From: a bacterium | Lineage (GTDB): Bacteria > UBP7 > UBA6624 | NCBI GenBank assembly: GCA_002716355.1 | Contig: PBAU01000002.1 | Coordinates: forward strand, 60,001 to 92,000 | Length of the DNA: 32,000 bases | Reading direction: 5' to 3' | Shown here: positions 18,416 to 26,976 of the stretch, piece after piece | Numbering within the stretch: position 1 is the stretch's first letter | Layout: each line of letters opens with the position of its first letter | Made by a program: the position numbers and the translations under genes | The notes under the pieces: model-generated | Told to the model about the DNA's origin: nothing | What the model saw: the letters and a program-made list of their open reading frames with translations, nothing else | Database searches by the model: none

Positions 18416-19327
18416 GTGAAAAATATAAAATTAAAAAAGCATAAAACAGAGACTTTCAAACAGCCTCTGTCTGAAAAAATAACAGAGGCATGCTTGCGTT
18501 TTGCAGCATGGCTATGCATCTTTTTTATTGCCTGCATTCTTTATTTTTTAGTAAAAGAAAGTGGCGGGGTTTTTTTTAGTGACATTTTTACTATTACAGG
18601 TAAATTTTGGAGACCAATCAGTGAACCTCCAGATTTTGGTGTTTGGGTATTGCTTGCAGGCAGTTTGGCAGTAACGTTAACAGCATCTCTAATCGCAGTG
18701 CCCCTAGGGATTTGTGCAGCTATTTTTATCGGCGAACTGCTGCCACAGAAATTTAGAGAATTTTTGAAAGTTATAGTTGAATTTCTAGCAGCAATACCAA
18801 GTGTTGTTATTGGGTTCTTGGGCATGATTATTCTTGCACCATACATCAAGGAAGCTTTTGACCTAAAAACAGGCTTAACGGCTTTTTCGGCAGCATTGAT
18901 GCTTGCATGGATGGCAATGCCGACAATAGTCAGTTTAACTGAGGATGCTCTCAGAAGTGTACCTGATACTTTAAGAGATGGGGCTCTTGCTCTTGGTGCT
19001 ACCAAATGGCAAATGATCACAAGGGTGCTTTTGCCAACAGCAAAACCAGGCATACTTGCTGCAGCAATGCTTGGTGTTGGAAGGGTGATAGGTGAAACAA
19101 TGGCGGTTTTAATGATTAGTGGTAATTCTGCCAGGATACCAAGTAGCATCATGGAGCCAGTCAGAACTCTCACTGCAACAATTGCTGCAGAAATGGGAGA
19201 AACAGTCAAGGGCGATGAGCATTATCAAGCCCTTTTTGGCTTGGGTGTTGTTTTATTTATTATCACATTGCTAATTAATACTGCAGCAGATAGGTTTATT
19301 AATAAAAAATACACAGAAGAATCATGA
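18416..19327 (+). CDS. pstC: phosphate ABC transporter permease
   Basis: Polytopic protein with an EAA-like loop (SLTEDALRSVPDTLRDGALALGATKWQ). GTG start. Gene order is pstS-C-A-B. Confidence 0.9.
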   Translation: MKNIKLKKHKTETFKQPLSEKITEACLRFAAWLCIFFIACILYFLVKESGGVFFSDIFTITGKFWRPISEPPDFGVWVLLAGSLAVTLTASLIAVPLGICAAIFIGELLPQKFREFLKVIVEFLAAIPSVVIGFLGMIILAPYIKEAFDLKTGLTAFSAALMLAWMAMPTIVSLTEDALRSVPDTLRDGALALGATKWQMITRVLLPTAKPGILAAAMLGVGRVIGETMAVLMISGNSARIPSSIMEPVRTLTATIAAEMGETVKGDEHYQALFGLGVVLFIITLLINTAADRFINKKYTEES

Positions 19328-20184
19328 ACTTTAAAAAACAAAATCCAATCAACCAGCAAAAAAGGGCCACTTTTGGCTTGGGGCTTATAACAGCCATTGT
19401 GGTTATTCCGGTTTTATTGATACTAGGTGTTGTTTTTGTTAAGGGTATTTCAGTTATAGATTGGAACTTCCTGACCACTGAACCCACCAATGGTTTAAGA
19501 GAGGGCGGGGTTTTCCCGGCCATAGTTGGAACATTGATCCTGGTTGTTGGGGCCGTGGTTTGGAGTGTCCCTTTTGGTGTGGCTACTGCAATTTATCTTG
19601 TTGAATATTCTCCAAGAAGCCGAGCAGCTAACTTGGTTAGGTTAGCAATCTTAAATTTAGCAGGAGTCCCCAGTGTTGTTTACGGGTTGTTTGGCTTGGG
19701 GGTGTTTGTCATAGCTTTAAAATTTGGCGCAAGCATTTTAGCGGGAACTTTAACCCTTGCTCTGATGGGTTTGCCAGTAATAGTCACATCAACTGCAGAA
19801 GCGTTAAAAGCTGTTCCTGATAGATTCAGAGAAGCAAGCTTGGCATTGGGTGCTAGCAAATGGCAAACAACTAGGCATGTTGTTCTTCCAAACTCCATAC
19901 AGGGAATTTTGACCGGAATAATTTTAGAAATTAGTCGTGCTGGCGGAGAGACTGCACCAATTTTGTTCACTGTAGCAGCTTTTTATTTACCAAGATTGCC
20001 ACAAAGTATCTTTGATCAGGTCATGGCGCTTCCAATGCATCTTTTTGCAATCTCAACACAGGTGCCTAACATAGGCTTGGATGTGAGATATGCAGTTGCC
20101 TTAACGTTGTTGTTTTTAGTTTTAGGCATCAATGCAGTTGCAATTTCCATAAGAGCAAAAATTAGGAAAAACAGAATATGGTAA
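19324..20184 (+). CDS. pstA: phosphate ABC transporter permease
   Basis: Polytopic protein with an EAA-like loop (STAEALKAVPDRFREASLALGASKWQ). ATGA overlap with pstC. Confidence 0.9.
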   Translation: MNFKKQNPINQQKRATFGLGLITAIVVIPVLLILGVVFVKGISVIDWNFLTTEPTNGLREGGVFPAIVGTLILVVGAVVWSVPFGVATAIYLVEYSPRSRAANLVRLAILNLAGVPSVVYGLFGLGVFVIALKFGASILAGTLTLALMGLPVIVTSTAEALKAVPDRFREASLALGASKWQTTRHVVLPNSIQGILTGIILEISRAGGETAPILFTVAAFYLPRLPQSIFDQVMALPMHLFAISTQVPNIGLDVRYAVALTLLFLVLGINAVAISIRAKIRKNRIW

Positions 20185-20927
20185 AAGAAATCATTATTAA
20201 ATCTTTGTCGGTTTCATATGGAAACAAACAGGCAATAAGAAATTTGTCTTTATCGGTTGAAAAAAATGAAATATTAGGAATCATTGGTCCTACTACTTCA
20301 GGAAAAACAACCTTACTTACAGTTTTAAACAGAATGATCGACACAATACCGTCAGTTGCGATTTCCGGCAATGTTTCCATGGGTGATATTGATGTTTTGA
20401 CAACACCAAACATCCATAGTCTCAGGAGGTCTGTTGGGATGATTTTTGCCCTTCCGGTCGCTTTGCCCATGACTATTAGGGAAAATGTTGAATATGGCCC
20501 AAAGATGGCTGGAGAGGCAAAAGGAGAGTTGGAGACAAGGGTTAAAGAAAGTCTTGTGCAGGCTGGATTATGGGATGAGGTGCACGACAGGTTGGACACC
20601 CCGGCATTAAAGCTTTCAGGCGGCCAGCAACAAAGGCTTTGCATCGCAAGGGCTTTAGCATTAAAGCCAAAGGTTTTATTGCTTGATGAGCCTTGTTCGG
20701 GGCTTGATCCAATCTCAACATCCAGAATAGAGGATACACTGAGTCAATTAAAAAATGACATGACTATCATCTTGGTCACAAACAACCCCCATCAAGCTGC
20801 TCGTGTTGCTCATCGAACAGCTTTTATGCTTAAGGGCGAGCTTATCGAGCTTGCTGACACAGACACACTGTTCACAAATCCTGCAGACAATAGAACAAAA
20901 GAATACATTGAGGGTAAATTTGGATAA
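20178..20927 (+). CDS. pstB: phosphate ABC transporter ATP-binding subunit, divergent paralogue lacking the Q-loop Gln and H-loop His
   Basis: Aligns to E. coli PstB along its full length. Walker A GPTTSGKT, signature LSGGQQQRL and Walker B LLLDEP are present. The Q-loop reads VGMIFALP (Ala codon at 20448-20450 where Gln is expected). The H-loop reads LVTNN (Asn codon at 20781-20783 where His is expected). Confidence 0.9.
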   Translation: MVKEIIIKSLSVSYGNKQAIRNLSLSVEKNEILGIIGPTTSGKTTLLTVLNRMIDTIPSVAISGNVSMGDIDVLTTPNIHSLRRSVGMIFALPVALPMTIRENVEYGPKMAGEAKGELETRVKESLVQAGLWDEVHDRLDTPALKLSGGQQQRLCIARALALKPKVLLLDEPCSGLDPISTSRIEDTLSQLKNDMTIILVTNNPHQAARVAHRTAFMLKGELIELADTDTLFTNPADNRTKEYIEGKFG

Positions 20928-21691
20928 TGGCAAAAACTCTAATTAAATCTGAAAAATTCAATTTGTGGTATGGTGACTTTCAAGCTTTAATTGATATAGA
21001 TCTCGACATACCAGAAAATCAAGTTACAGCTGTTGTGGGTCCTTCAGGATGCGGAAAAAGCACTTTTGTTCGTTGTATCAACAGGCTAAACGATCAAATA
21101 AACACAGTTAGCACCAAGGGTTCTATTTTTATTGATGGGACAGACATTTACCAATATACGGCTGATGAGGTTGTTGGGCTTAGGCGATCTGTCGGGATGG
21201 TTTTTCAGAGACCCAACCCCTTTCCGCTTTCTGTTTTTGAAAACGTTGCTTTTGGCTTAAAGACAAACCCCATGGTTCCTGATCATCAAACCATAAAAAA
21301 GGAAGTCAATAAAGCGCTGCAAGCGGTAGGTTTGCTTGAGGACCTAGACGGTAACCTTGCGAGACCAGGAACCAGTCTTTCCCTGGAACAGCAGCAAAGA
21401 TTATGTATTGCAAGATGCCTGCCAACAAGGCCCAAAATATTGCTTATGGACGAACCTTGTTCAGCATTGGATCCAAGCGATACCGATAAGGTAGAGGAGC
21501 TCATAAGGGAATTAAGGAAAGACTATACCGTTGTGATAGTGACCCACAACCTACAACAAGCTGGCAGAATTTCTGATCAATCTGTATTATTCCATTTGGG
21601 CAAAATTATTGAAGCAGCACCAACAGCAGATTTCTTCCAGAACCCGAAAGAAAAAAGAACAAGAGACTTTATTACAGGTCGTTATGGTTAG
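20927..21691 (+). CDS. pstB: phosphate ABC transporter ATP-binding subunit, catalytic motifs canonical but signature motif degenerate (LSLEQ)
   Basis: Walker A GPSGCGKS, Q-loop VGMVFQRPNPFP, Walker B LLMDEP and H-loop IVTHN are all canonical. The signature is LSLEQQQRL (21377-21391) instead of LSGGQ. The C-terminus DFITGRYG matches the PstB consensus. Confidence 0.9.
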   Translation: MAKTLIKSEKFNLWYGDFQALIDIDLDIPENQVTAVVGPSGCGKSTFVRCINRLNDQINTVSTKGSIFIDGTDIYQYTADEVVGLRRSVGMVFQRPNPFPLSVFENVAFGLKTNPMVPDHQTIKKEVNKALQAVGLLEDLDGNLARPGTSLSLEQQQRLCIARCLPTRPKILLMDEPCSALDPSDTDKVEELIRELRKDYTVVIVTHNLQQAGRISDQSVLFHLGKIIEAAPTADFFQNPKEKRTRDFITGRYG

Positions 21692-21700
21692 GAGTTAAAT

Positions 21701-22348
21701 ATGACTAAAAGATTAACAAAACTTATTGATAAAATCAAAGTAAAAACCTTGGCAATGGCTCAAGATGTTTGCAAATCAATGGATGATGCAATGGAGGCAA
21801 TTTTAAATTCTAGCGATGATAAATATCAAGCAATGAAACAACGAGAAGATAATATTGATTCGCTAGAAGTTGAGATCGAAGAATCCATACTTGGCACCAT
21901 TGCTGTCCATCAACCTGTTGCAGATGATTTAAGAATTCTTGCAGCAATGTTGAAGATTACAAATGACTTAGAAAGAATTGGTGATTATGCGATCAAAATT
22001 GCTCAAAGGGGCAAGGATATTGACGCCAACTTGATCAAGAGCATCAAAGCTCCTTTGTCTAAATTGGGAACATCTTCAATCCAGATGATTAAAGATGCAG
22101 TACAGGCTTTAGACGCAGGAGATGCAGATTTAGCCCAGAAGGTTAGAGATGCTGATGACCAGGTGGATGAGCTTAACAAATCCCTCATAAAGGAATTATC
22201 CAAAATCGATGATGATGACTTTGAGTCCTTGGTCGCACTGGTTTCAATATCCAGAAGATTCGAAAGAGCTGCTGATCATGCAACAAACATAGCAGAAGAT
22301 GTTTTGTTCTGGCTTGAAGGCAGGATATTCAGACACGGTGAAACCTAA
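21701..22348 (+). CDS. phoU: phosphate signalling complex protein PhoU
   Basis: 215 aa with two PhoU repeats (NDLERIGDYAIKIA and FERAADHATNIAEDVLFW). SD AGGAG lies upstream. It occupies the canonical position after pstB. Confidence 0.92.
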   Translation: MTKRLTKLIDKIKVKTLAMAQDVCKSMDDAMEAILNSSDDKYQAMKQREDNIDSLEVEIEESILGTIAVHQPVADDLRILAAMLKITNDLERIGDYAIKIAQRGKDIDANLIKSIKAPLSKLGTSSIQMIKDAVQALDAGDADLAQKVRDADDQVDELNKSLIKELSKIDDDDFESLVALVSISRRFERAADHATNIAEDVLFWLEGRIFRHGET

Positions 22349-22376
22349 ACCAGCACTTGGGCATAAAATTGCCTAA

Positions 22377-23264
22377 GTGAAAAAAGTTCGTTATTTTCAA
22401 AGACCATCAGAGTATTGGAAGGATCATGTTTTCCCAATGCGAAAAATGGATTTGTTGAAAAAACGTATCGAAGAATCGTTTTCAATTGATTTTGTTGAGC
22501 CTGACAGTTTGCCAGAAGGTTCAATTGCACTCACGCATCACCGCAATTTTATAAATCGTATACATTCATATTTTGATAACCCCGAAGCTTCTTATGGTGA
22601 GTTTGAAGCAAGATGTGACAGTTGGGTTTTTGAGAACGAATGCAAGGCGGTTGCCGGCACTTTGTCTGCATGCAGGGATGCCTTGCTGCAGGGTTGGGGT
22701 TTTAATATTGGCGGCGGATTGCACCATTCTTTCCCTGATCATGGAGAGGGTTTCTGTATCATTAACGATATTGCAATTTCAATTAACCAACTTATCAAAG
22801 AGGGCAATATCCATAATGCAGCTGTAGTCGATCTTGACGTGCATCAAGGCAATGGTACTGCTGTTTGTTTCCAAAATAGCCCAAATGTAAAAACAATCTC
22901 ATTGCATCAACAGCATAATTATCCATCCTGGAAACCTAAATCAGATTTAGACATTGGTTTAGACGACGGAACAGGTGATAGCGCTTATTTGCAGCATCTA
23001 TCAACTGCACTTGATTGGCTTTCAACACAAGATAAACCTGACTTGGTTTTATTTTTGGCAGGTGCTGACCCTTATCGAAAAGACCAGCTTGGAGGGCTTG
23101 CGCTCACAAAAGCGGGCTTAAGCTCAAGAGATAGGCTTGTAATAGAGTGGTGCAAAAATAAAAATTGCCCAGTAGCGATTGTTTTGGCTGGTGGCTACGC
23201 TAAGGATGTAAATGACGTTGTTGATATACACTTTAATACATTCAAATGTTTAATGGAGGTTTAA
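22377..23264 (+). CDS. histone deacetylase-family (arginase/deacetylase fold) zinc-dependent deacetylase
   Basis: HVFPMRKMDLL, GGGLHHSFPDHGEGFCIINDIAI, DLDVHQGNGT and GADPY are HDAC/AcuC-type active-site motifs. GTG start. Confidence 0.85.
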   Translation: MKKVRYFQRPSEYWKDHVFPMRKMDLLKKRIEESFSIDFVEPDSLPEGSIALTHHRNFINRIHSYFDNPEASYGEFEARCDSWVFENECKAVAGTLSACRDALLQGWGFNIGGGLHHSFPDHGEGFCIINDIAISINQLIKEGNIHNAAVVDLDVHQGNGTAVCFQNSPNVKTISLHQQHNYPSWKPKSDLDIGLDDGTGDSAYLQHLSTALDWLSTQDKPDLVLFLAGADPYRKDQLGGLALTKAGLSSRDRLVIEWCKNKNCPVAIVLAGGYAKDVNDVVDIHFNTFKCLMEV

Positions 23265-23265
23265 G

Positions 23266-24093
23266 GTGATGTTGTTAGGTTTGTTATTTATATCTAATCT
23301 TTTTAATTCAGACTGCACAGATGCAGAAAAATCCTTTAGGGGTTATTTAGCACATGAGTCAAAAAGCGAAATCACGATAGATGGAAAGTTGGATGATCTC
23401 TCATGGAGAAAAGCACTATGGTCGGATTGTTTTGTAGACATAGAGGGATCACTTCAGCCTAATCCAAAATATAAAACGAGATTAAAAATGTTATGGGATG
23501 AGAATTACTTTTACATCGCTGCACTAATGGAGGATCCTCATATTTGGGCCGTAAGCACAGAACGAGATTCTTATATTTGGCAAAATGAAGGGGATTTTGA
23601 GGTTTTTATAGATCCCGACAGTAATTCTTTGGACTATATTGAAATTGAAATTAACGCCATGGGAACAGAATGGGATCTTCTTATGGATAAACCGTATAGC
23701 GAAGGTGGCGTTAATGATGATAGTTGGGATATTCAAGGCCTTAAATCAGCAGTTACTATTGATGGAACCTTAAACAACCCTGAAGATATAGATAAAAAAT
23801 GGATAGTTGAAATTGCAATTCCCTGGAAAGGTATAAACCAAACCGCAAATGTTTCTATGCCGCCAAAAAATAATGATTCTTGGAGAATTAATTTTTCTAG
23901 AGTATGGTGGGATCACGAAGTGATTGATGGCCGTTATGTCAAGATTGGAGAGGCTTTTGAAGGCCTGGAGTCAAATTGGGTTTGGTCTGCACAGGGTGTG
24001 ATCAATATGCATGATCCTAGCCTTTGGGGCTTTGTAACTTTTAAAAAATTTGAAAAATCTCAAAATCGCATACTTGATTTTTTGTCTAGGTGA
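23266..24093 (+). CDS. secreted carbohydrate-binding family 9 (CBM9/DOMON-like) protein
   Basis: N-terminal signal-like segment. IDGKLDDLSWRKA, NYFYIAALMEDPHIW, DFEVFIDPD, YIEIEINAMG and RINFSRV are typical of CBM9-like domains. Confidence 0.6.
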   Translation: MMLLGLLFISNLFNSDCTDAEKSFRGYLAHESKSEITIDGKLDDLSWRKALWSDCFVDIEGSLQPNPKYKTRLKMLWDENYFYIAALMEDPHIWAVSTERDSYIWQNEGDFEVFIDPDSNSLDYIEIEINAMGTEWDLLMDKPYSEGGVNDDSWDIQGLKSAVTIDGTLNNPEDIDKKWIVEIAIPWKGINQTANVSMPPKNNDSWRINFSRVWWDHEVIDGRYVKIGEAFEGLESNWVWSAQGVINMHDPSLWGFVTFKKFEKSQNRILDFLSR

Positions 24094-24098
24094 ATTGA

Positions 24099-26036
24099 AT
24101 GAATGCTGGTCCTCTTGATTGGTTGATCATATTTGTCACTTGGGGTATTTTGGTTTTATCGGTTCCAATTGCCAAAAAATACATGAGGAGCGTTGCTGAC
24201 TACCTTTCTGCAGGAAGATCGGCAGGCAGATATATTTTATCTGTTGCTCAAGGTATAGCTGCGCTTGGTGCAATTTCTGTTGTAGCGATGATGGAACAGA
24301 ATTATGTTGCCGGTTTTTCAATGTCTTGGTGGGGGCTAACTATGAATCTTGTTGTTCTCGCTGTCACCGCTTCAGGTTGGGTCATTTATCGTTTTAGGGA
24401 AACCAGGTGTTTAACATTAGCAGAATTTTTTGAACGAAGATACAGTAAAAAATTTCGTATTTTTTCAGGGCTTATAGCTTTCATTTCCGGAATTGTTAAT
24501 TTCGGAATCTTCCCCGCAGTTGGAGCAAGGTTCTTTTTGAATTATCTTGGATTGCCAGGGCATCTCAGCCTGCTTGGCTTTGATATCCCCACTTTTGCAA
24601 TCCTGATGCTTTTTCTTCTTGGGACATCTTTGTATTTTGTTTTTTCTGGAGGGCATGTTGCAGTCACAATTGCAGATTTCATCCAAGGGGTCTTCAGCAA
24701 CGTGGTTTTCATTTGGATGATTTTGTTTTTCTTATTTAATGTTTCCTGGGATCAGATTTTTTATTCATTAAATCAGGCACCAGAAAATGCATCATTGATC
24801 AACCCATTTAAAACAAGCCAGGTCGAGGATTTTAACCTAGGCTTCTTTTTGATTGGTATATTGATTTACATTTATGGAACCATGTCTTGGCAAGGTACGC
24901 AAGCGTATAACGCCTCGGCCAAAAACGCACATGAAGCTAAAATGGGCAGCCTGTTAGGAAATTGGCGAAATATCCCCCAAAATCTTTTCATGCTTTTCAT
25001 ACCAATAATTGCATATACCGTTTTGCATCATCCGGACTTTAGCCTTCAGGCCGATTTTGTAAATTCAACCTTATCTAATGAGGAAAACAATGCAGTTGTG
25101 AATCAATTAAGAGTTCCTGCTGTATTGATATCAATGCTACCTCCTGGTCTAATGGGGGCTTTTGCCGCAGTGATGTTGGCTGCTTTTATTAGCACTCATG
25201 ACACTTACCTTCACTCATGGGGTAGCATCTTTGTTCAAGATGTATACATGCCCTTTCAAAAGAAACCTTTAACCCAAGAAAAACATTTAAAGATTTTAAA
25301 GTGGTCCACGATCGGTGTCGCTATTTTCATATTCATCTTTTCACTAATCTTTCAACAGAGTGAATACATCCTTTTGTTTTTTGCAATTACTGGTGCTATC
25401 TTCTTTGGTGGGTCCGGAGCTGTTCTGATAGGTGGTCTTTATTGGAACAAAGGCACAACCAAGGGAGCATGGTGGGCAATGTCATTAGGTGCGTCGCTAT
25501 CAGTTTTCGGCATCTTCGGTGAAAGGTACATTGAGGCTTGGCCTGACTGGTTGAATGGGCAGGTTATGACGGGTATTGTTATTTTGTGCTGTATTGTCAC
25601 ATATGTGCTTGTGTCTTTAAACTCAAAACAAGCCGGTATAGATTTAAATAAACTTCTTTATAGAGGAAAACATGAAACAGAAAAAGAAAAAAAATTAATA
25701 CAATTGCAAGTTCCGAGAGGGCTAAAAGCAATAGGCATCACTGAAGAGTTTACAAAATCTGATCGACGACTTTACTATATTACTTATACCTGGGTTATTG
25801 GTTGGTTCCTGACATTTCTAATTGGAACAATATATAACTTAAACAAGACTGTAGTCGATGATAGCTGGATTGCCTTTTGGAAGACTTATATGTGGATAAA
25901 TGTTGTTGTAGCTATATTGGTTACGATTTGGTTTACATACAATGGTTTTAATGATCTAAAAGGCATGTTGAAGGAATTGAAAAGAAAAAAGATAGACATT
26001 AAGGATAACGGTTTTATTTCAGATGACAACATTTAA
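24099..26036 (+). CDS. sodium:solute symporter (SSS) family transporter with a C-terminal extension
   Basis: Polytopic protein with SSS-like segments (ADYLSAGRSAGR, FFERRYS, GGLYWNKGT). After a charged linker (GKHETEKEKK) there are two further hydrophobic helices. Confidence 0.85.
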   Translation: MNAGPLDWLIIFVTWGILVLSVPIAKKYMRSVADYLSAGRSAGRYILSVAQGIAALGAISVVAMMEQNYVAGFSMSWWGLTMNLVVLAVTASGWVIYRFRETRCLTLAEFFERRYSKKFRIFSGLIAFISGIVNFGIFPAVGARFFLNYLGLPGHLSLLGFDIPTFAILMLFLLGTSLYFVFSGGHVAVTIADFIQGVFSNVVFIWMILFFLFNVSWDQIFYSLNQAPENASLINPFKTSQVEDFNLGFFLIGILIYIYGTMSWQGTQAYNASAKNAHEAKMGSLLGNWRNIPQNLFMLFIPIIAYTVLHHPDFSLQADFVNSTLSNEENNAVVNQLRVPAVLISMLPPGLMGAFAAVMLAAFISTHDTYLHSWGSIFVQDVYMPFQKKPLTQEKHLKILKWSTIGVAIFIFIFSLIFQQSEYILLFFAITGAIFFGGSGAVLIGGLYWNKGTTKGAWWAMSLGASLSVFGIFGERYIEAWPDWLNGQVMTGIVILCCIVTYVLVSLNSKQAGIDLNKLLYRGKHETEKEKKLIQLQVPRGLKAIGITEEFTKSDRRLYYITYTWVIGWFLTFLIGTIYNLNKTVVDDSWIAFWKTYMWINVVVAILVTIWFTYNGFNDLKGMLKELKRKKIDIKDNGFISDDNI

Positions 26037-26976
26037 CAGATATTCAAAAAATCCAATCATTACAAGGAAAGATATACCTTTAAGTTGCACAAATGGAATT
26101 GAATCAAGTTCGGTTTTCAACCCAGGTGCAATTCTTGACAATGGTGTTTTTCATTTGTTGTTAAGGGTGCAAAGCAGGCAAAGAAAAACTTTCTTAACCC
26201 ACTGCTCAAGCACAAATGGGCATGACTTTACTGTTGATGCTCAGTCTGTGAAAATCAACGGGATTAATGAATTGGGCTTCGAGATTTTCCACGTTTACGA
26301 CCCTAGGATTGTCAAAATTGAGGATGTTTTTTTGGTTTCAGCCGCAGTTGATGTTGAAGAGGGGTGCAGAACAGCAATTTTTTCAACTAAAGATTTCAAA
26401 GAGATGGATTTGATCCATATGGGAGATATTGATTCCAGAAACGGTGTTCTTTTTCCAGAGAAAATCAATGGCCATTATTGTCTTTTAGACAGGCCGAATA
26501 ATCAGTTTGCAGGAGGTGTAATGTCAGGTTCTCAGATTTGCTTTTCAGCATCTACCGATTTGGTCTCCTGGGGACGTTCGGTTCCAGTAATGAGTGGAAA
26601 TCATCATTATTGGGATGAGCTTATTGGCGCAGGCCCTCCGCCGATACGAACCAAAGAAGGTTGGCTGCTTGTTTATCATGGCGTTGCGACTCACTTTATG
26701 AGTAGCAACATATATCAAGCTGGTGTTGCTTTGTTGGATATTGATGAGCCACACAAGATTCTTGCAAGATGTCCAGCTAATATCTTTGAACCCAGAGAAA
26801 GTTACGAACTAACAGGACAGGTACCAAATGTTGTATTTCCCACAGGCTTGCTGGTTGATGCGTCTTCCAAAAACCCTGAAAACTGCAATGAGGTTCTAAT
26901 GTATTATGGTGCAGCTGATTCAAGTGTTTGTCTTGCCAAAACAACCATTCAAAAATTATTGGATTGTTTTAAATGA
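26023..26976 (+). CDS. glycoside hydrolase family 130 enzyme, probably a beta-mannoside phosphorylase
   Basis: NPIITRKDIP, SVFNPGAI, NGVFHLLLRVQ, the catalytic-type DPRI, SRNGVLFPEKINGHYCLLDRP and EGWLLVYHGV are typical of GH130. Confidence 0.85.
   Translation: MTTFNRYSKNPIITRKDIPLSCTNGIESSSVFNPGAILDNGVFHLLLRVQSRQRKTFLTHCSSTNGHDFTVDAQSVKINGINELGFEIFHVYDPRIVKIEDVFLVSAAVDVEEGCRTAIFSTKDFKEMDLIHMGDIDSRNGVLFPEKINGHYCLLDRPNNQFAGGVMSGSQICFSASTDLVSWGRSVPVMSGNHHYWDELIGAGPPPIRTKEGWLLVYHGVATHFMSSNIYQAGVALLDIDEPHKILARCPANIFEPRESYELTGQVPNVVFPTGLLVDASSKNPENCNEVLMYYGAADSSVCLAKTTIQKLLDCFK

Noticed and set aside
18541-19209. A 222-aa ORF on the minus strand inside pstC. Similar antisense ORFs occur at 19680-19970 (in pstA), 20162-20644 (in pstB1), 21286-21504 (in pstB2), 3749-4060 (in the permease), 13224-13601 (in hutU) and 29971-30545 (in ggt).
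   Set aside because: Each lies entirely antisense to a confidently identified conserved gene. Their compositions are low-complexity and rich in Ala/Ser/Pro/Ile, as expected for shadow frames. None has a family resemblance or an RBS.
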